Below, piece after piece: positions 44,908-54,561 of a stretch of DNA of 64,000 nucleotides (its first letter is position 1; every line of letters starts with the position of its first letter). The notes below the pieces were generated by a model. The model was not told the DNA's origin. It did no database searches and saw only the letters and a program-made list of their open reading frames with translations. The stretch comes from Acidobacteriota bacterium (GTDB taxonomy: Bacteria; Acidobacteriota; Thermoanaerobaculia; Gp7-AA8): NCBI GenBank assembly GCA_019244185.1, contig JAFATB010000023.1, forward strand, positions 192,001 through 256,000, written 5' to 3'. Made by a program: the position numbers and the translations under genes.

Positions 44908-45891
44908 ATGCAGGAAACAGTGGCAGCTCGCAATCTGCGGACGGCGGAGCGATTCCTCGTCTCGCCGCCGCTCGCCGCGAAGTACGGCGGCGCGCCGGTC
45001 GCCGTGTGCGATCTCTCGGAGAAAGGCGCGCGTTTCCGCCACGAACAGCCGCTCGAGACCGGCGCGAAGGCGCTGCTGCAGCTCGAGGTCGAAGGACGCG
45101 CGCAGCCGCTGACGATCGAAGGCGTGGTCGTGTGGACGCAGCCCGAGGGCACGCGGTTCGTGTCGGGCGTCCGGATGTACGGCTCTCAGGAGCTCATGAC
45201 TGCCCTCCTCGCGCAACTCCAGACCTCCCGCCGCGCGAAGCGGGTGGAAGAATTGCGTTCCACCGATCGCTTCGCCGTCGCGCCGCCGCTCATCGGCATG
45301 TGGGGCGAGCAGGCGGTGCTCATCGAAGACCTCTCCGCGCGCGGCGCGCGCATCGAGGTCGCGAACGAGCCGCTGCGCGGCGACAGCGGCGAGCTGCGCT
45401 TCCGCGTCCCCGAGTCGTCGCTCAAGCTCGAAGTCGCGGGACAAGTCGCGTGGACGGCGGTGAAAGCCGTCGGCGCCGCGACGAGTTTTCGCGCGGGGCT
45501 GTTCATCAATGAGAAGCCGGAACAACTGCGCCTCGCGATCGGTCGTCTCTGCGACACCGGCCGCGCCGCGCTCGACACGCAGTCGCTGCGCCTCAAGCTC
45601 AAGATCATCCGCGCCCGGGCCCGCAACCTTGCCGCCGCGCAACCCCATGCCGAGTCGTTCGGCATCCCCGCCGAGCAATACCTGCTGATCCAGGGCGTGC
45701 GTGAAGAGCTGCGCCTCAACGCGGAAGAGGCGATGTACTGGTACCGTCGCGCGCGCATGATCATCAATGACCCCGCCACCCGCGCCGCCGCCCCGCCCAT
45801 CGCCAGCCACCCCGACGCGCTCGCGGTGTGGGAGTACCTCGACCGGTCGGTCGATCCGTCGATCGTGGGACGGGCGTTCGAGCTGCCCTGA
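44908..45891 (+). CDS. Tandem PilZ-domain protein
   Basis: RTAERF with DLSEKG and RSTDRF with DLSARG, i.e. RxxxR and DxSxxG twice, then a helical C-terminus. Confidence 0.8.
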   Translation: MQETVAARNLRTAERFLVSPPLAAKYGGAPVAVCDLSEKGARFRHEQPLETGAKALLQLEVEGRAQPLTIEGVVVWTQPEGTRFVSGVRMYGSQELMTALLAQLQTSRRAKRVEELRSTDRFAVAPPLIGMWGEQAVLIEDLSARGARIEVANEPLRGDSGELRFRVPESSLKLEVAGQVAWTAVKAVGAATSFRAGLFINEKPEQLRLAIGRLCDTGRAALDTQSLRLKLKIIRARARNLAAAQPHAESFGIPAEQYLLIQGVREELRLNAEEAMYWYRRARMIINDPATRAAAPPIASHPDALAVWEYLDRSVDPSIVGRAFELP

Positions 45892-45922
45892 GCTGAGCGC
45901 ACGCCGCGCGTATCATGACTGC

Positions 45923-46126
45923 ATGAAGCTGAAGATCGTGCTCGAGGCCAGTGACGAAGGCGGTTTCACGGCGTACGTTCCTGCACTGCCGGGCTGCATC
46001 AGCGAGGGCGACGATCGAGACGAGGCGCTGCGCAACATTCGCGAGGCGATCGAGCTCTATCTCGAGCCGGTGGAGGACGACGTCGTCGCGCACGAAGGCT
46101 TGGAGATCGCGGAACTGGTCGTGTGA
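45923..46126 (+). CDS. hicB: HicB family antitoxin (UPF0150-type)
   Basis: MKLKIVLEASDEGGFTAYVPALPGCISEGDDRDEALRNIREAIELYL. Confidence 0.9.
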   Translation: MKLKIVLEASDEGGFTAYVPALPGCISEGDDRDEALRNIREAIELYLEPVEDDVVAHEGLEIAELVV

Positions 46127-46225
46127 GCAAGGTTCCGTCGGCCGCCGCCAGTGCAAGCCGAATCAATCGCTTCAACTCTCGCCAAAATCCCGGTCGACGC
46201 CGACGCAGTTCTCTGCTTGTTGTAA
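46123..46225 (+). pseudogene. hicA: Decayed hicA toxin remnant
   Basis: GTGA overlap with hicB begins MSKVPS. A shifted frame ends STLAKIPVDADAVLCLL*, resembling HicA C-termini. The central GSH core is absent. Confidence 0.55.
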
Positions 46226-46266
46226 CGAGCTGCCCTGACGCGTCCCATTCGCGAGACAATGTCCCC

Positions 46267-47307
46267 ATGGCCGACGTCACCTTCGACAACGTCGCGAAAA
46301 AGTATGGCGAGGTCTCGGTCATCGAGAGCCTCAATTTGCACATCGACGACGGCGAGCTGATGGTGCTCGTCGGGCCGTCGGGGTGCGGGAAGTCGACGGC
46401 GTTGCGGATGATCGCGGGGCTCGAGGACGTGACCGGCGGCACCATTTCGATCGGCGGGCGAGCGGTGAACGCGCTGCCGCCGCGCGACCGCGACATCGCG
46501 ATGGTGTTTCAGAGCTACGCGCTCTATCCGCACATGTCGGTGCGCGAGAATCTCGCCTTCGGACTGAAGATGCGGCGCGTGGCCGCAGCGGAGATCGAGA
46601 AGCGCGTCACGTCTGCGGCCGAGATCCTCGGCATCAGTCACGTGCTCGAGCGCAAGCCGAAGGAGCTCTCGGGCGGACAGCGGCAGCGCGTCGCGGTCGG
46701 GCGCGCGATCGTGCGGCAGCCGGCAGTGTTTCTCTTCGACGAGCCGCTCTCGAATCTCGACGCGAAGCTGCGCGTGCAGACGCGCGGCGAGATCACGCGG
46801 CTGCAGCAATCGCTCGGCACGACGTCGGTCTACGTCACGCACGATCAGGTCGAGGCGATGACGATGGGGCATCGCATCACGGTGATGCGCGACGGCAAGA
46901 TCCAGCAGGTCGGCACGCCGCGCGAGGTGTACGAGCGTCCCGCGAATGCGTTCGTCGCGCAGTTCATCGGCACGCCGCCGATGAATCTCATCCACGCGAC
47001 GGTCGACGGCGGCTCGCTGCGCGCGCCGTCCTTCGCGATTCCCCTCGGCGTGCAACTCGCGAACGGCACGCGCGTCCTCGCGGGCATTCGTCCCGAGGAC
47101 ATCACGCGCGGCGATGCGATCCATGCGACGGTGGATGTGGTCGAACCGGTGGGCCACGAATCGATCGTCTACGCGACGGCGGGGTCGGAGAAGCTCGTGG
47201 CCATCTTCGAGCCGCGCGAGGCGCCGCGCGCGGGCGAGACGATCTCGCTCAGCGTCGCACCGGAGCGCGTGCATCTCTTCGACGAAGCGGGCGTGCGCGT
47301 CAACTGA
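46267..47307 (+). CDS. Sugar ABC transporter ATP-binding protein (MalK/UgpC family)
   Basis: Motifs GPSGCGKST, FQSYALYPH, LSGGQRQR, DEPLSNLD and YVTHDQ. Confidence 0.96.
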   Translation: MADVTFDNVAKKYGEVSVIESLNLHIDDGELMVLVGPSGCGKSTALRMIAGLEDVTGGTISIGGRAVNALPPRDRDIAMVFQSYALYPHMSVRENLAFGLKMRRVAAAEIEKRVTSAAEILGISHVLERKPKELSGGQRQRVAVGRAIVRQPAVFLFDEPLSNLDAKLRVQTRGEITRLQQSLGTTSVYVTHDQVEAMTMGHRITVMRDGKIQQVGTPREVYERPANAFVAQFIGTPPMNLIHATVDGGSLRAPSFAIPLGVQLANGTRVLAGIRPEDITRGDAIHATVDVVEPVGHESIVYATAGSEKLVAIFEPREAPRAGETISLSVAPERVHLFDEAGVRVN

Positions 47308-47313
47308 TGCGCG

Positions 47314-48135
47314 TCAGCCTTTGACGCTGCCCTGCATGATCCCGGCGATGTAGAAGCGCTGCAGCGCGATGAAGAGCAGCAGCACCGGCAGCACGGTGAC
47401 GACGGAGCCGGCCATCATCAGCTCGACGTCCAGCACGTGCTCGCCGGAGAGGTTCGCGAGCGCGACCGGCAGCGTGTAGTGCGTCTGATCGGAGAGGATG
47501 ATCAGCGGCCACATGAAGTCGTTCCACGTCGACATGAACATGAACGTGGCCAGCGTCGCGAGAATCGGCCGCGCCAGCGGCAGCACGATGGTCCAGTAGA
47601 TCCGCCATTCGCTCGCGCCGTCGAGCCGCGCCGCCTCGAGCAGATCGTCCGGCACGCTGAGCATGAACTGGCGGATGAGGAAGATGCCGAACACCGTCAC
47701 CATCGACGGGATGATCGCGCCCCAGTAGCTGTTCACGAGGCCGAACGTCTTCATCAGCAGAAAGAGCGGCAGCATGCCGACCTGCGGCGGAATCACGAGC
47801 GCGATGAGCAGAAGGCCGAAGATTCGCTGCTTGCCGCCGAAGCGGAGCTTCGCGAACGCGTAGCCGGCCATCGAACCGAAGAGCACCGAAAAGATCGTCA
47901 CGGCGATGGCCACGATCGCGCTGCTGAGAAACGCGCGGCCGATGTTGAGGCGCAGGAACAGCTCGCGGTATTGCGCGAGCGTGCCGTGATGCGGCAGGAA
48001 ATGCGGCGGAAACGTCGTCGCCTCGCCGGACGTCATGAACGACGCGGACAACATCCAGAAGAGCGGGAAGAGCGTGATCAGGCCGCCCGCGATGAGGACG
48101 CCGTGCAGCACGATCGTGTCGACGCGCCGCGTCAT
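47314..48135 (-). CDS. Carbohydrate ABC transporter permease (MalG-like)
   Basis: Motifs AGYAFAK, LLEAARLDGA, WNDFMWP and GSVKG. Confidence 0.93.
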   Translation of the reverse strand: MTRRVDTIVLHGVLIAGGLITLFPLFWMLSASFMTSGEATTFPPHFLPHHGTLAQYRELFLRLNIGRAFLSSAIVAIAVTIFSVLFGSMAGYAFAKLRFGGKQRIFGLLLIALVIPPQVGMLPLFLLMKTFGLVNSYWGAIIPSMVTVFGIFLIRQFMLSVPDDLLEAARLDGASEWRIYWTIVLPLARPILATLATFMFMSTWNDFMWPLIILSDQTHYTLPVALANLSGEHVLDVELMMAGSVVTVLPVLLLFIALQRFYIAGIMQGSVKG

Positions 48136-49004
48136 CGCTTCTCCTGCATCTTCAGCTGCACCAGCGTGGCCGCGCCGATGACGAGGAACAGCACGAACGC
48201 CACCGCCGCCGCGTAGCCCATCTTCCAGAACTTGAAGCCCTGCTCGTACATCAGCATGACCATGGTCACGGTCTTGTTGAGCGGGCCGCCGCGCGTCATG
48301 ACGTACGGCTCCGCGAAGATCTGCAGCTGCCCGATGGCGACGACGATGCCGACGAAGAGAAACGTCGGCGCGAGCAGCGGCAGCGTGACGTGCCGGAACT
48401 GTTTCCACGCCCCCGCGCCGTCCAGCCTCGCCGCCTCATACAGCTCCTCGGGGATCTGCTGCAGCCCCGCGACGAAGATGATCATCGTGTAGCCGAAGCC
48501 CTTCCACACCGCGAGGATGATGATGGCCAGCATCGCCAGCTTCGGGTTGCCGAGCCAGTCCGGCTGCGGCAGGCCGAGCGTGTCGAGCGCGCGGTTCAGC
48601 ATGCCGAAGCGCGGGTGGTAGATGTACTTGAAGACGATCGACACCGCGACGAGCGTCGTCACCACCGGCGCGAAGTAGACGGTGCGGAAGAGCGCCTTGA
48701 AGCGCGCCGCCTTCGCGTTGATGAGCAGCGCCGCCGCGAGCGAGACCGCGACGGTGAGCGGGCCGCCGACGAGCGCGAAGTACATCGTGTTGACGAACGA
48801 CGTCCAGAAGATGCTGCTGCCGATGAGCTCGCGGTAGTTGTCGAAGCCGACGAGCCGGATGTTGTGCGGATCGCCGATCGTGTAGAGATCGAAGTCGGTG
48901 AGGCTGAGCGCAAAGCCGGCGACGACCGGCGCGAAGAAGAAGACCGTGAGCAGCACCAGCGCGGGCGCGAGAAAGAGCAGCGCGGCGCGGCGTTCCGATT
49001 TCAC
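48132..49004 (-). CDS. Sugar ABC transporter permease (MalF-like)
   Basis: Motifs FLAPAL, GFDNY, ELYEAARLDGA and GYAAA. GTG start overlaps the SBP stop. Confidence 0.93.
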   Translation of the reverse strand: MKSERRAALLFLAPALVLLTVFFFAPVVAGFALSLTDFDLYTIGDPHNIRLVGFDNYRELIGSSIFWTSFVNTMYFALVGGPLTVAVSLAAALLINAKAARFKALFRTVYFAPVVTTLVAVSIVFKYIYHPRFGMLNRALDTLGLPQPDWLGNPKLAMLAIIILAVWKGFGYTMIIFVAGLQQIPEELYEAARLDGAGAWKQFRHVTLPLLAPTFLFVGIVVAIGQLQIFAEPYVMTRGGPLNKTVTMVMLMYEQGFKFWKMGYAAAVAFVLFLVIGAATLVQLKMQEKR

Positions 49005-50278
49005 GAGCGACCTCGTTTCCGCGACACGATCCAGCGGCGTTTCTCGAGCAGCAGATCGGCGCGATGGTCGAGCTCCGCGACGGCGGCGGCGACGCTCGTC
49101 GTGCCGCGCGCGGCCGCTTCGCCGCGGTCGTAGATCGCCGTGGCGATCTGTTCCCACTCCGGCACCTGCGGCAGCGGGCGCACCGACTCGAGTTGCGTGC
49201 GGAACGCGGGGAAGCGCGGCTCGGCGACGAGCGCGGGCGCCGTCCACGCGCTGCGGCGCGCGGGGAGATCGCCGGTGACCTCGAAGAAGCGCACCTGCTG
49301 CGCGGGCTCGGAGAGGAACTCGATCAGCTTGCGCGCGGCTTCTTTGTGCAGCGACGCGCGGAAAACGACGAGGCTCGAGCCGCCTGCCATGGAGACGCTC
49401 GGCGTCTGTGCGTCGCGCGCGGGCACCGGTGCGGTGGCCCACTTGTCCTGCATGTCCGCGGGCAGGCGGCGGCGGAACTCGCCGACGTTCCACGGGCCGG
49501 TGATGTACATGGCGAACTCGCCCTGCGCGAATTGCTGGTAGAGGTTCGCGATCTGCGCGTTGCTCACCGACGGCGCGTAGCCGCGATGAAAGAGGTCGAT
49601 GTAGTACGCGAAGGCGTTCGCGAACTGCGGCTGCCGGAACGCGCCGCGCGTGCCGTCGGGCGTCAGCAGCGTCGAGCCGTTCGACATCGCCAAGACGACC
49701 GGCGGCTCCCACTCGTTCGTCGGCATGAGGATCGCGAAGCGGCAGCGCTTCTCCGCCAGAATGCGACGGCTCGCCTCCGCGAACTCCGCCCACGTGCGCG
49801 GGCCGTTCGGATAGCCGACCGCCGCGAGGATGTCGCTGCGGTAGAAAAGTACCCTGGTATCCACGTACCACGGTACGCCGTAGAGCGCGCCGCCGACGAC
49901 GTTCGTGGCCCAGATGCCGGGGAAGTAGTCGCGCGCGTCGAGCGTCTTCGATTGGGCGACGAACGGGTTGAGATCGTCGAGCGCGTTCATCGCGGCGAAT
50001 TCGGGGATCCAGGTGTTGCCCATCTGCGCGACGTCGGGCGACGCGTTGCCAACGTGCGCGGTGAGGAGCTTCTCGTGCGCGGCCGTCCACGGGATCTGCT
50101 GGACGACGACGTCGATCTCGGGATGGCGCTTCTCGAAGTCGGGGATCATCTCCGCGACGACTTCGCCTTCGCGCCCGAGTCCCCAGAATTCGATGCGCTC
50201 GACGCCGGCGCGCCCGCGGTCGCGCGTGCCGCACGACAGCACGAGGAGCGCGATCGCCAGCCAGCGCAGACGCGTCAA
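49001..50278 (-). CDS. Sugar ABC transporter substrate-binding lipoprotein
   Basis: Lipobox VLSC and motifs FEKRHP, PDVAQ, YGVPWYVD and AMYITGPW. TTG start overlaps the GH144 stop. Confidence 0.92.
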   Translation of the reverse strand: MTRLRWLAIALLVLSCGTRDRGRAGVERIEFWGLGREGEVVAEMIPDFEKRHPEIDVVVQQIPWTAAHEKLLTAHVGNASPDVAQMGNTWIPEFAAMNALDDLNPFVAQSKTLDARDYFPGIWATNVVGGALYGVPWYVDTRVLFYRSDILAAVGYPNGPRTWAEFAEASRRILAEKRCRFAILMPTNEWEPPVVLAMSNGSTLLTPDGTRGAFRQPQFANAFAYYIDLFHRGYAPSVSNAQIANLYQQFAQGEFAMYITGPWNVGEFRRRLPADMQDKWATAPVPARDAQTPSVSMAGGSSLVVFRASLHKEAARKLIEFLSEPAQQVRFFEVTGDLPARRSAWTAPALVAEPRFPAFRTQLESVRPLPQVPEWEQIATAIYDRGEAAARGTTSVAAAVAELDHRADLLLEKRRWIVSRKRGRS

Positions 50279-51708
50279 TGACCCTCCAGCCAGCCGCCGG
50301 TGAAGCCCGCGCGCTGCAGGCCGCGCACGATGTGCGGACTCTTGCGCATCATCCGCCACACGAGACCGCTGCGGTGGTTTTCGATCATGGTGATGATCGG
50401 TCCCTGGTCGATGCCGAGGTAGTCGTCGTCGAACCAGCCGATGCCGGGGACGACGGCGCCCTGAGGCGTTTTCATGTCGACGTTCAGCGTCTCGTTGAAC
50501 GCGTCGATGTAGCCGTAGCGGCGATAGACGTGCGCGCCGAGGCGGCGGTTCATCTCCTCGATCGCGGGGATGGCGATCTCCGGCGCGAACGCGACGGACG
50601 ACACGGCGGCCGTCGGCGCGATGGTGCCGTCGTCGTTGATCTCGCCCGCGGCGGCGCCGCGCGCGGTGTAAGTCTTGAACTGCCGCTCGCGGCCGTCGAT
50701 GGTCACGCTGCCGTCGAGCGGACCGTCGCACGCAGTGAGTCCCCAGAGGTTCCCGCCGTAGCCGCGGAAGCCCGCCGGATTCGCGGTCGCGTACGCGCGC
50801 TGCGCGTACGTCGCGCGGCGCGAGTTCTCGAAGTAGTCGATCCCTTTCTCGCGCATGTACGCGTCCTGGATCCCGCGGAAGTCGATCCAGACGTGCGAGT
50901 ACTGATGGCCGAAGAGCGGCGGGAAGTTGACGTGCGATTGCCCGTAGAACTCGGCCCAGCGATAGGTCTTCTGATAGGCGGTCCACCCCGCGGGATCGAC
51001 GGGATGCGTCGGCGATCCGAGGGCGAGGATGTAGAGGAGCATGGCCTCGTTGTAGCCGGTGTAGTCCCAGTCGTGGAGGCCGTGCTCGGGCGTCCAGCCC
51101 ATGCTGATGAGCGGCGGGCGTTCGTGGAAGAACGTCCACTCCGCGTTGCGATACAGCGTCTCCGCGAGCGCGCGGATCTCACGCTCCTTCGGCGTATCGC
51201 GATCGAAGTACTGCTCGCAGAACAGCGCGCCGGCGAGCATGAGCGTCGTATCGATGGTCGACAGTTCGACGTCCTTGAAGCGCGCGCCGGTGTCCATGTC
51301 GAGGAAGTGGTAGTAGAAGCCTTTGTACGACGTCATGCCTTGCGGCGCGTCACCGGACTTCGCGTCGCGGAAGAAGCGGAGCGTCGTGAGCACGCGGTCG
51401 GCCGCGGCGTCGCGCGTCACCCAGCCGCGTTCCGCGCCGATGCCGTACGCGGTGAGGCCGAAGCCGACGGCGGCGATGCTGGAGAACGACTTCGTCGGCC
51501 AGCGGTCGGGCACGAGTCCGTTCTGCGGATTCGCGTTGTCCCAGAACCACCGGAAGGTGTCGTGCTCGATGCGGTCGAGCAGCGCGTCGGCATTCGCGGT
51601 TGGTAGCGGCGGCGGCGCGGCAGCGGACGGCGGCGGGGTCGTGCCGCACGACGACGCGAAAAAAAGGAGAGCGGCGAGTGCCGCTCTCCCGATGGAACGA
51701 ACAGTCAT
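50275..51708 (-). CDS. Glycoamylase-family (GH144-like, probable endo-beta-1,2-glucanase) lipoprotein
   Basis: Motifs GLVPDR, SIAAVGFGL, GFYYHFLD, ELSTIDT, GYNEA, PLFGHQYSH, WGLTACDGP, DGTIAPTA and LGIDQG. Confidence 0.85.
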   Translation of the reverse strand: MTVRSIGRAALAALLFFASSCGTTPPPSAAAPPPLPTANADALLDRIEHDTFRWFWDNANPQNGLVPDRWPTKSFSSIAAVGFGLTAYGIGAERGWVTRDAAADRVLTTLRFFRDAKSGDAPQGMTSYKGFYYHFLDMDTGARFKDVELSTIDTTLMLAGALFCEQYFDRDTPKEREIRALAETLYRNAEWTFFHERPPLISMGWTPEHGLHDWDYTGYNEAMLLYILALGSPTHPVDPAGWTAYQKTYRWAEFYGQSHVNFPPLFGHQYSHVWIDFRGIQDAYMREKGIDYFENSRRATYAQRAYATANPAGFRGYGGNLWGLTACDGPLDGSVTIDGRERQFKTYTARGAAAGEINDDGTIAPTAAVSSVAFAPEIAIPAIEEMNRRLGAHVYRRYGYIDAFNETLNVDMKTPQGAVVPGIGWFDDDYLGIDQGPIITMIENHRSGLVWRMMRKSPHIVRGLQRAGFTGGWLEGH

Positions 51709-51714
51709 GCGACG

Positions 51715-54534
51715 TTAGAACGCAACTCGCACGCCGAACTGGAAGCGGCGCTGCGAGCCGCCGACGATCGCCGTCGGCTGGCCGAGGTTCGGATTGCCTT
51801 CCGGACCGTTGAAGTCCTGGAAGAACGCATCGCGCTCGGCATTGGTGATGTTGAACGCTTCGGCGATCACGCCGATGCTCGCGCTGCCTCCGACGCGGAA
51901 GTCTTTCTCCGCGCGGAGATCGATGGTCGTCCATGGATCGGATTCGCCGGTTCTCGGCTGATAGCAGCCGGTGCAGAAGCCGCGCGAGAAGTCGTTGATC
52001 CTGAACTTGTCGCCGGAGCTGTACTGCAGGATGCCGCCGAGGCGCACGCCCCACGGAATGCCGACGGTGGCGTTCGCGACGACGCGGTGATCGGCGGTGC
52101 CCGGCGTGCCGTAGCGCGGCCAGTCGGCGACGGTCGGCAGGTCGAGGCTGAAGAGATCGCCGCCGATCTGCTCGGCGTCGGACCACGTGTACGCGACGTT
52201 GAAGCCGTAGTGCGAGGCGTCGGTGTACGGACGGTCGAGCGTCACATAGACGGCGTCGTACCACGTGCGCACGTCGTCGGACGAGATCAGCACGTTGCTG
52301 TAGTGCGGGTCGAACACCGGGCAGCAGAAGCCTTTGCCCCACAGGAACGTGAAGCCGTTGTAGCTGCGCACGTTCGCGTAGCTCGCCGAGGCGACCATGC
52401 TGCCGAACGACTGGCGCACGCCGAGGTTCCACTGATCGGAGTACGGCACCTTCGTGTCGTTCTCGATGAGGAAGACTTCGGGCAGGCCGGTGATGCCGGT
52501 GGCCTGCAGCTCGCGCAGACCTTCGACGGTGAGGTACTTCGGATCCCACTTCGCGGCCGGATGGCCGAGAACGGGCGAGCCGTCGGCGGAGAAGAAGAAC
52601 TCGCCGACGGAGTGCTGGAGGCGGAAGCGCTCGTCGAGCGTGTTGTTGAAGAGGTTGCGGTCGTAGTAACGGCCCGCGCCGCCGAAGATCACCGTGCGGC
52701 TGTTGCCGGCGATGTCGTACGAGAAGCCGAGACGCGGCTGGAACATGTCCTTCTTCGGCGAGCGGTCGTTGCCGTCGGTGAAGTAGTTCGACGGGAACTG
52801 GCTGCCGAGACGCTGCACGATCTCCGGCGGCGTCACGTAGTCGGTGTCGAGCATGTTCGTCTCGTAATCCCAGCGCAGGCCGAGATTGAGCACGAGCTTG
52901 TCGTTCACCGCCCAGTCATCCTGTCCGTAGAGGCCGTATTCCTCGTTGCTCGCGGAGAGATCGGGATTGCCGAAGCCGAAGCGCGCGCGATACGGATTGG
53001 CGATGCCGAGGTCTTCGCGGAAGAAGAAGTGCGGGTTCTCTTCGAAGAACTTGGTGACGGTGTAGTCGAGGAACTCCGCGTTCGCGCCGACTTTCAGCGT
53101 GTGCGTGCCGGCGGCGCGCAGCGTGGCCATGGTGACGTCGTCGCGCAGCGCGAAGCGCTTCTGGCCGATGCGCTGTTCGGTGTCGCGGCCGCCGACGCGC
53201 AGCAGGTTCTCGTATTCGAAGCTGACTTGATCGGGATTGAGCGGCTTCGGATTCCAGAGGTACTTCTGATACGCGGCGGATGCTTCGTTGAGCCACGAGC
53301 TGTGCGTCAGCTGATGGCGCAGCGTGGTGCTCCACGCGGTGTTCACTTTGTTCTCGGCGGTCTCGAAGCTCGTGCCCTGGCCGAAGCCGGAGACGTCCGT
53401 TTCGTGGCGATAGCTCGTGCTCCACTCCGCGACCTGCGAGCCGGTCGGCTGCCACGAGAGCTTGCCGAACGCGAGGTCGGAACGGAACGGCTGCACGAAC
53501 GTGCCGCCGTACTGCGACTGCAGCTGCGCGCGCAGCTGCGGATACGCCTGGAAGCCGCCGTTGAGGATGACCGTCGATTCGCGGTCCTGATCGTTCGCCT
53601 CATAGGAGCCGAAGAAGTGCAGCCGGTCGCGCACGATCGGGCCGCCGACGCTCACGCCGTACTGATTCCTCTTGTACTGCGGGTTATCCGCATGCGTCAG
53701 CGGATCCTCGGCCACCAGATTCTTGTTCTGATAGAAGAGGAACGCGTCGCCGGTGAGCTCGTTCGTGCCCGACTTCGTGATGGCGGTGATGATCGCGCTC
53801 GAGGCCTTCTCGTATTCGGCGCTGTAGTTCTGCGTGATGACGCGGAACTCCTGCACGGCGTTCTGCGGGAACGGATTGCCGCGGCTCGAGTCCTGGCCGA
53901 TGACGCCGCCCTGCGTGACGTCGTTCTTGAAGCTGACGCCGTCGATGAAGACGTTGACCGCGGACGAGGTCTGCGCGCCGGCGCGGACTTCCTTGCGCTG
54001 CTCGTCCGTGCCGAGGACGACTCCGGGCGCGAGCGCGGCGAAGTTGAGGAAGTTGCGGTCGTTCTGCGGCAGGTTCTCGATCTGGCGGCGCGTGACGTTC
54101 GTCGCGACTTCCGACGAATGCGTCTCAACCGGCGCGTCGCCGACGACGGTCACCGATTCCGTCACGACGGTGTCGGGACGCAGACGGAAGTCGAGGTCGA
54201 TGGTCTGGCCGACGAGCAGCGTGAGCTCGCGCGAGGTGGCGCGATACGCGGGCGCGACCACTTCGATCTTGTACGGCCCCGGCGTGAGGCCGTTGAGGAT
54301 GAACGCGCCGTCGCTCGCGGCGGTGGCGGTGTGGCGGAAGCCGGTCGCGCTCTCGACGGCGGTGACTTCCGCGGTCGGGAACGGGTTGCCGCTTTCGTCC
54401 ATCACCTTGCCGCGCAAGGTGGCGGTGGTGATTTGCGCGAAGGCGCCGCCGGCCGTGACGAGACACGCCAGCAACACCATGCAGATGAGAAACGTTCGAT
54501 GCCTGAACCTGAAGTCTCCGGGCTGCCCTCTCAT
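51715..54534 (-). CDS. TonB-dependent receptor (Oar-like, carboxypeptidase regulatory-like N-domain)
   Basis: Signal peptide and motifs LPQNDRNFLN, AVQEFRV, ITKSGTN, QDDW and FQPRLGFSYD; ends in a C-terminal F. Confidence 0.93.
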   Translation of the reverse strand: MRGQPGDFRFRHRTFLICMVLLACLVTAGGAFAQITTATLRGKVMDESGNPFPTAEVTAVESATGFRHTATAASDGAFILNGLTPGPYKIEVVAPAYRATSRELTLLVGQTIDLDFRLRPDTVVTESVTVVGDAPVETHSSEVATNVTRRQIENLPQNDRNFLNFAALAPGVVLGTDEQRKEVRAGAQTSSAVNVFIDGVSFKNDVTQGGVIGQDSSRGNPFPQNAVQEFRVITQNYSAEYEKASSAIITAITKSGTNELTGDAFLFYQNKNLVAEDPLTHADNPQYKRNQYGVSVGGPIVRDRLHFFGSYEANDQDRESTVILNGGFQAYPQLRAQLQSQYGGTFVQPFRSDLAFGKLSWQPTGSQVAEWSTSYRHETDVSGFGQGTSFETAENKVNTAWSTTLRHQLTHSSWLNEASAAYQKYLWNPKPLNPDQVSFEYENLLRVGGRDTEQRIGQKRFALRDDVTMATLRAAGTHTLKVGANAEFLDYTVTKFFEENPHFFFREDLGIANPYRARFGFGNPDLSASNEEYGLYGQDDWAVNDKLVLNLGLRWDYETNMLDTDYVTPPEIVQRLGSQFPSNYFTDGNDRSPKKDMFQPRLGFSYDIAGNSRTVIFGGAGRYYDRNLFNNTLDERFRLQHSVGEFFFSADGSPVLGHPAAKWDPKYLTVEGLRELQATGITGLPEVFLIENDTKVPYSDQWNLGVRQSFGSMVASASYANVRSYNGFTFLWGKGFCCPVFDPHYSNVLISSDDVRTWYDAVYVTLDRPYTDASHYGFNVAYTWSDAEQIGGDLFSLDLPTVADWPRYGTPGTADHRVVANATVGIPWGVRLGGILQYSSGDKFRINDFSRGFCTGCYQPRTGESDPWTTIDLRAEKDFRVGGSASIGVIAEAFNITNAERDAFFQDFNGPEGNPNLGQPTAIVGGSQRRFQFGVRVAF

Positions 54535-54561
54535 GGATCTCTCCTCCTTGGCTGCTATCCG

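Noticed and set aside
46123-46266. N-terminal extension of the ABC ATPase as given in the ORF track
   Set aside because: MalK homology starts at MADVTF (46267). The extension derives from the hicA relic and is treated as such.
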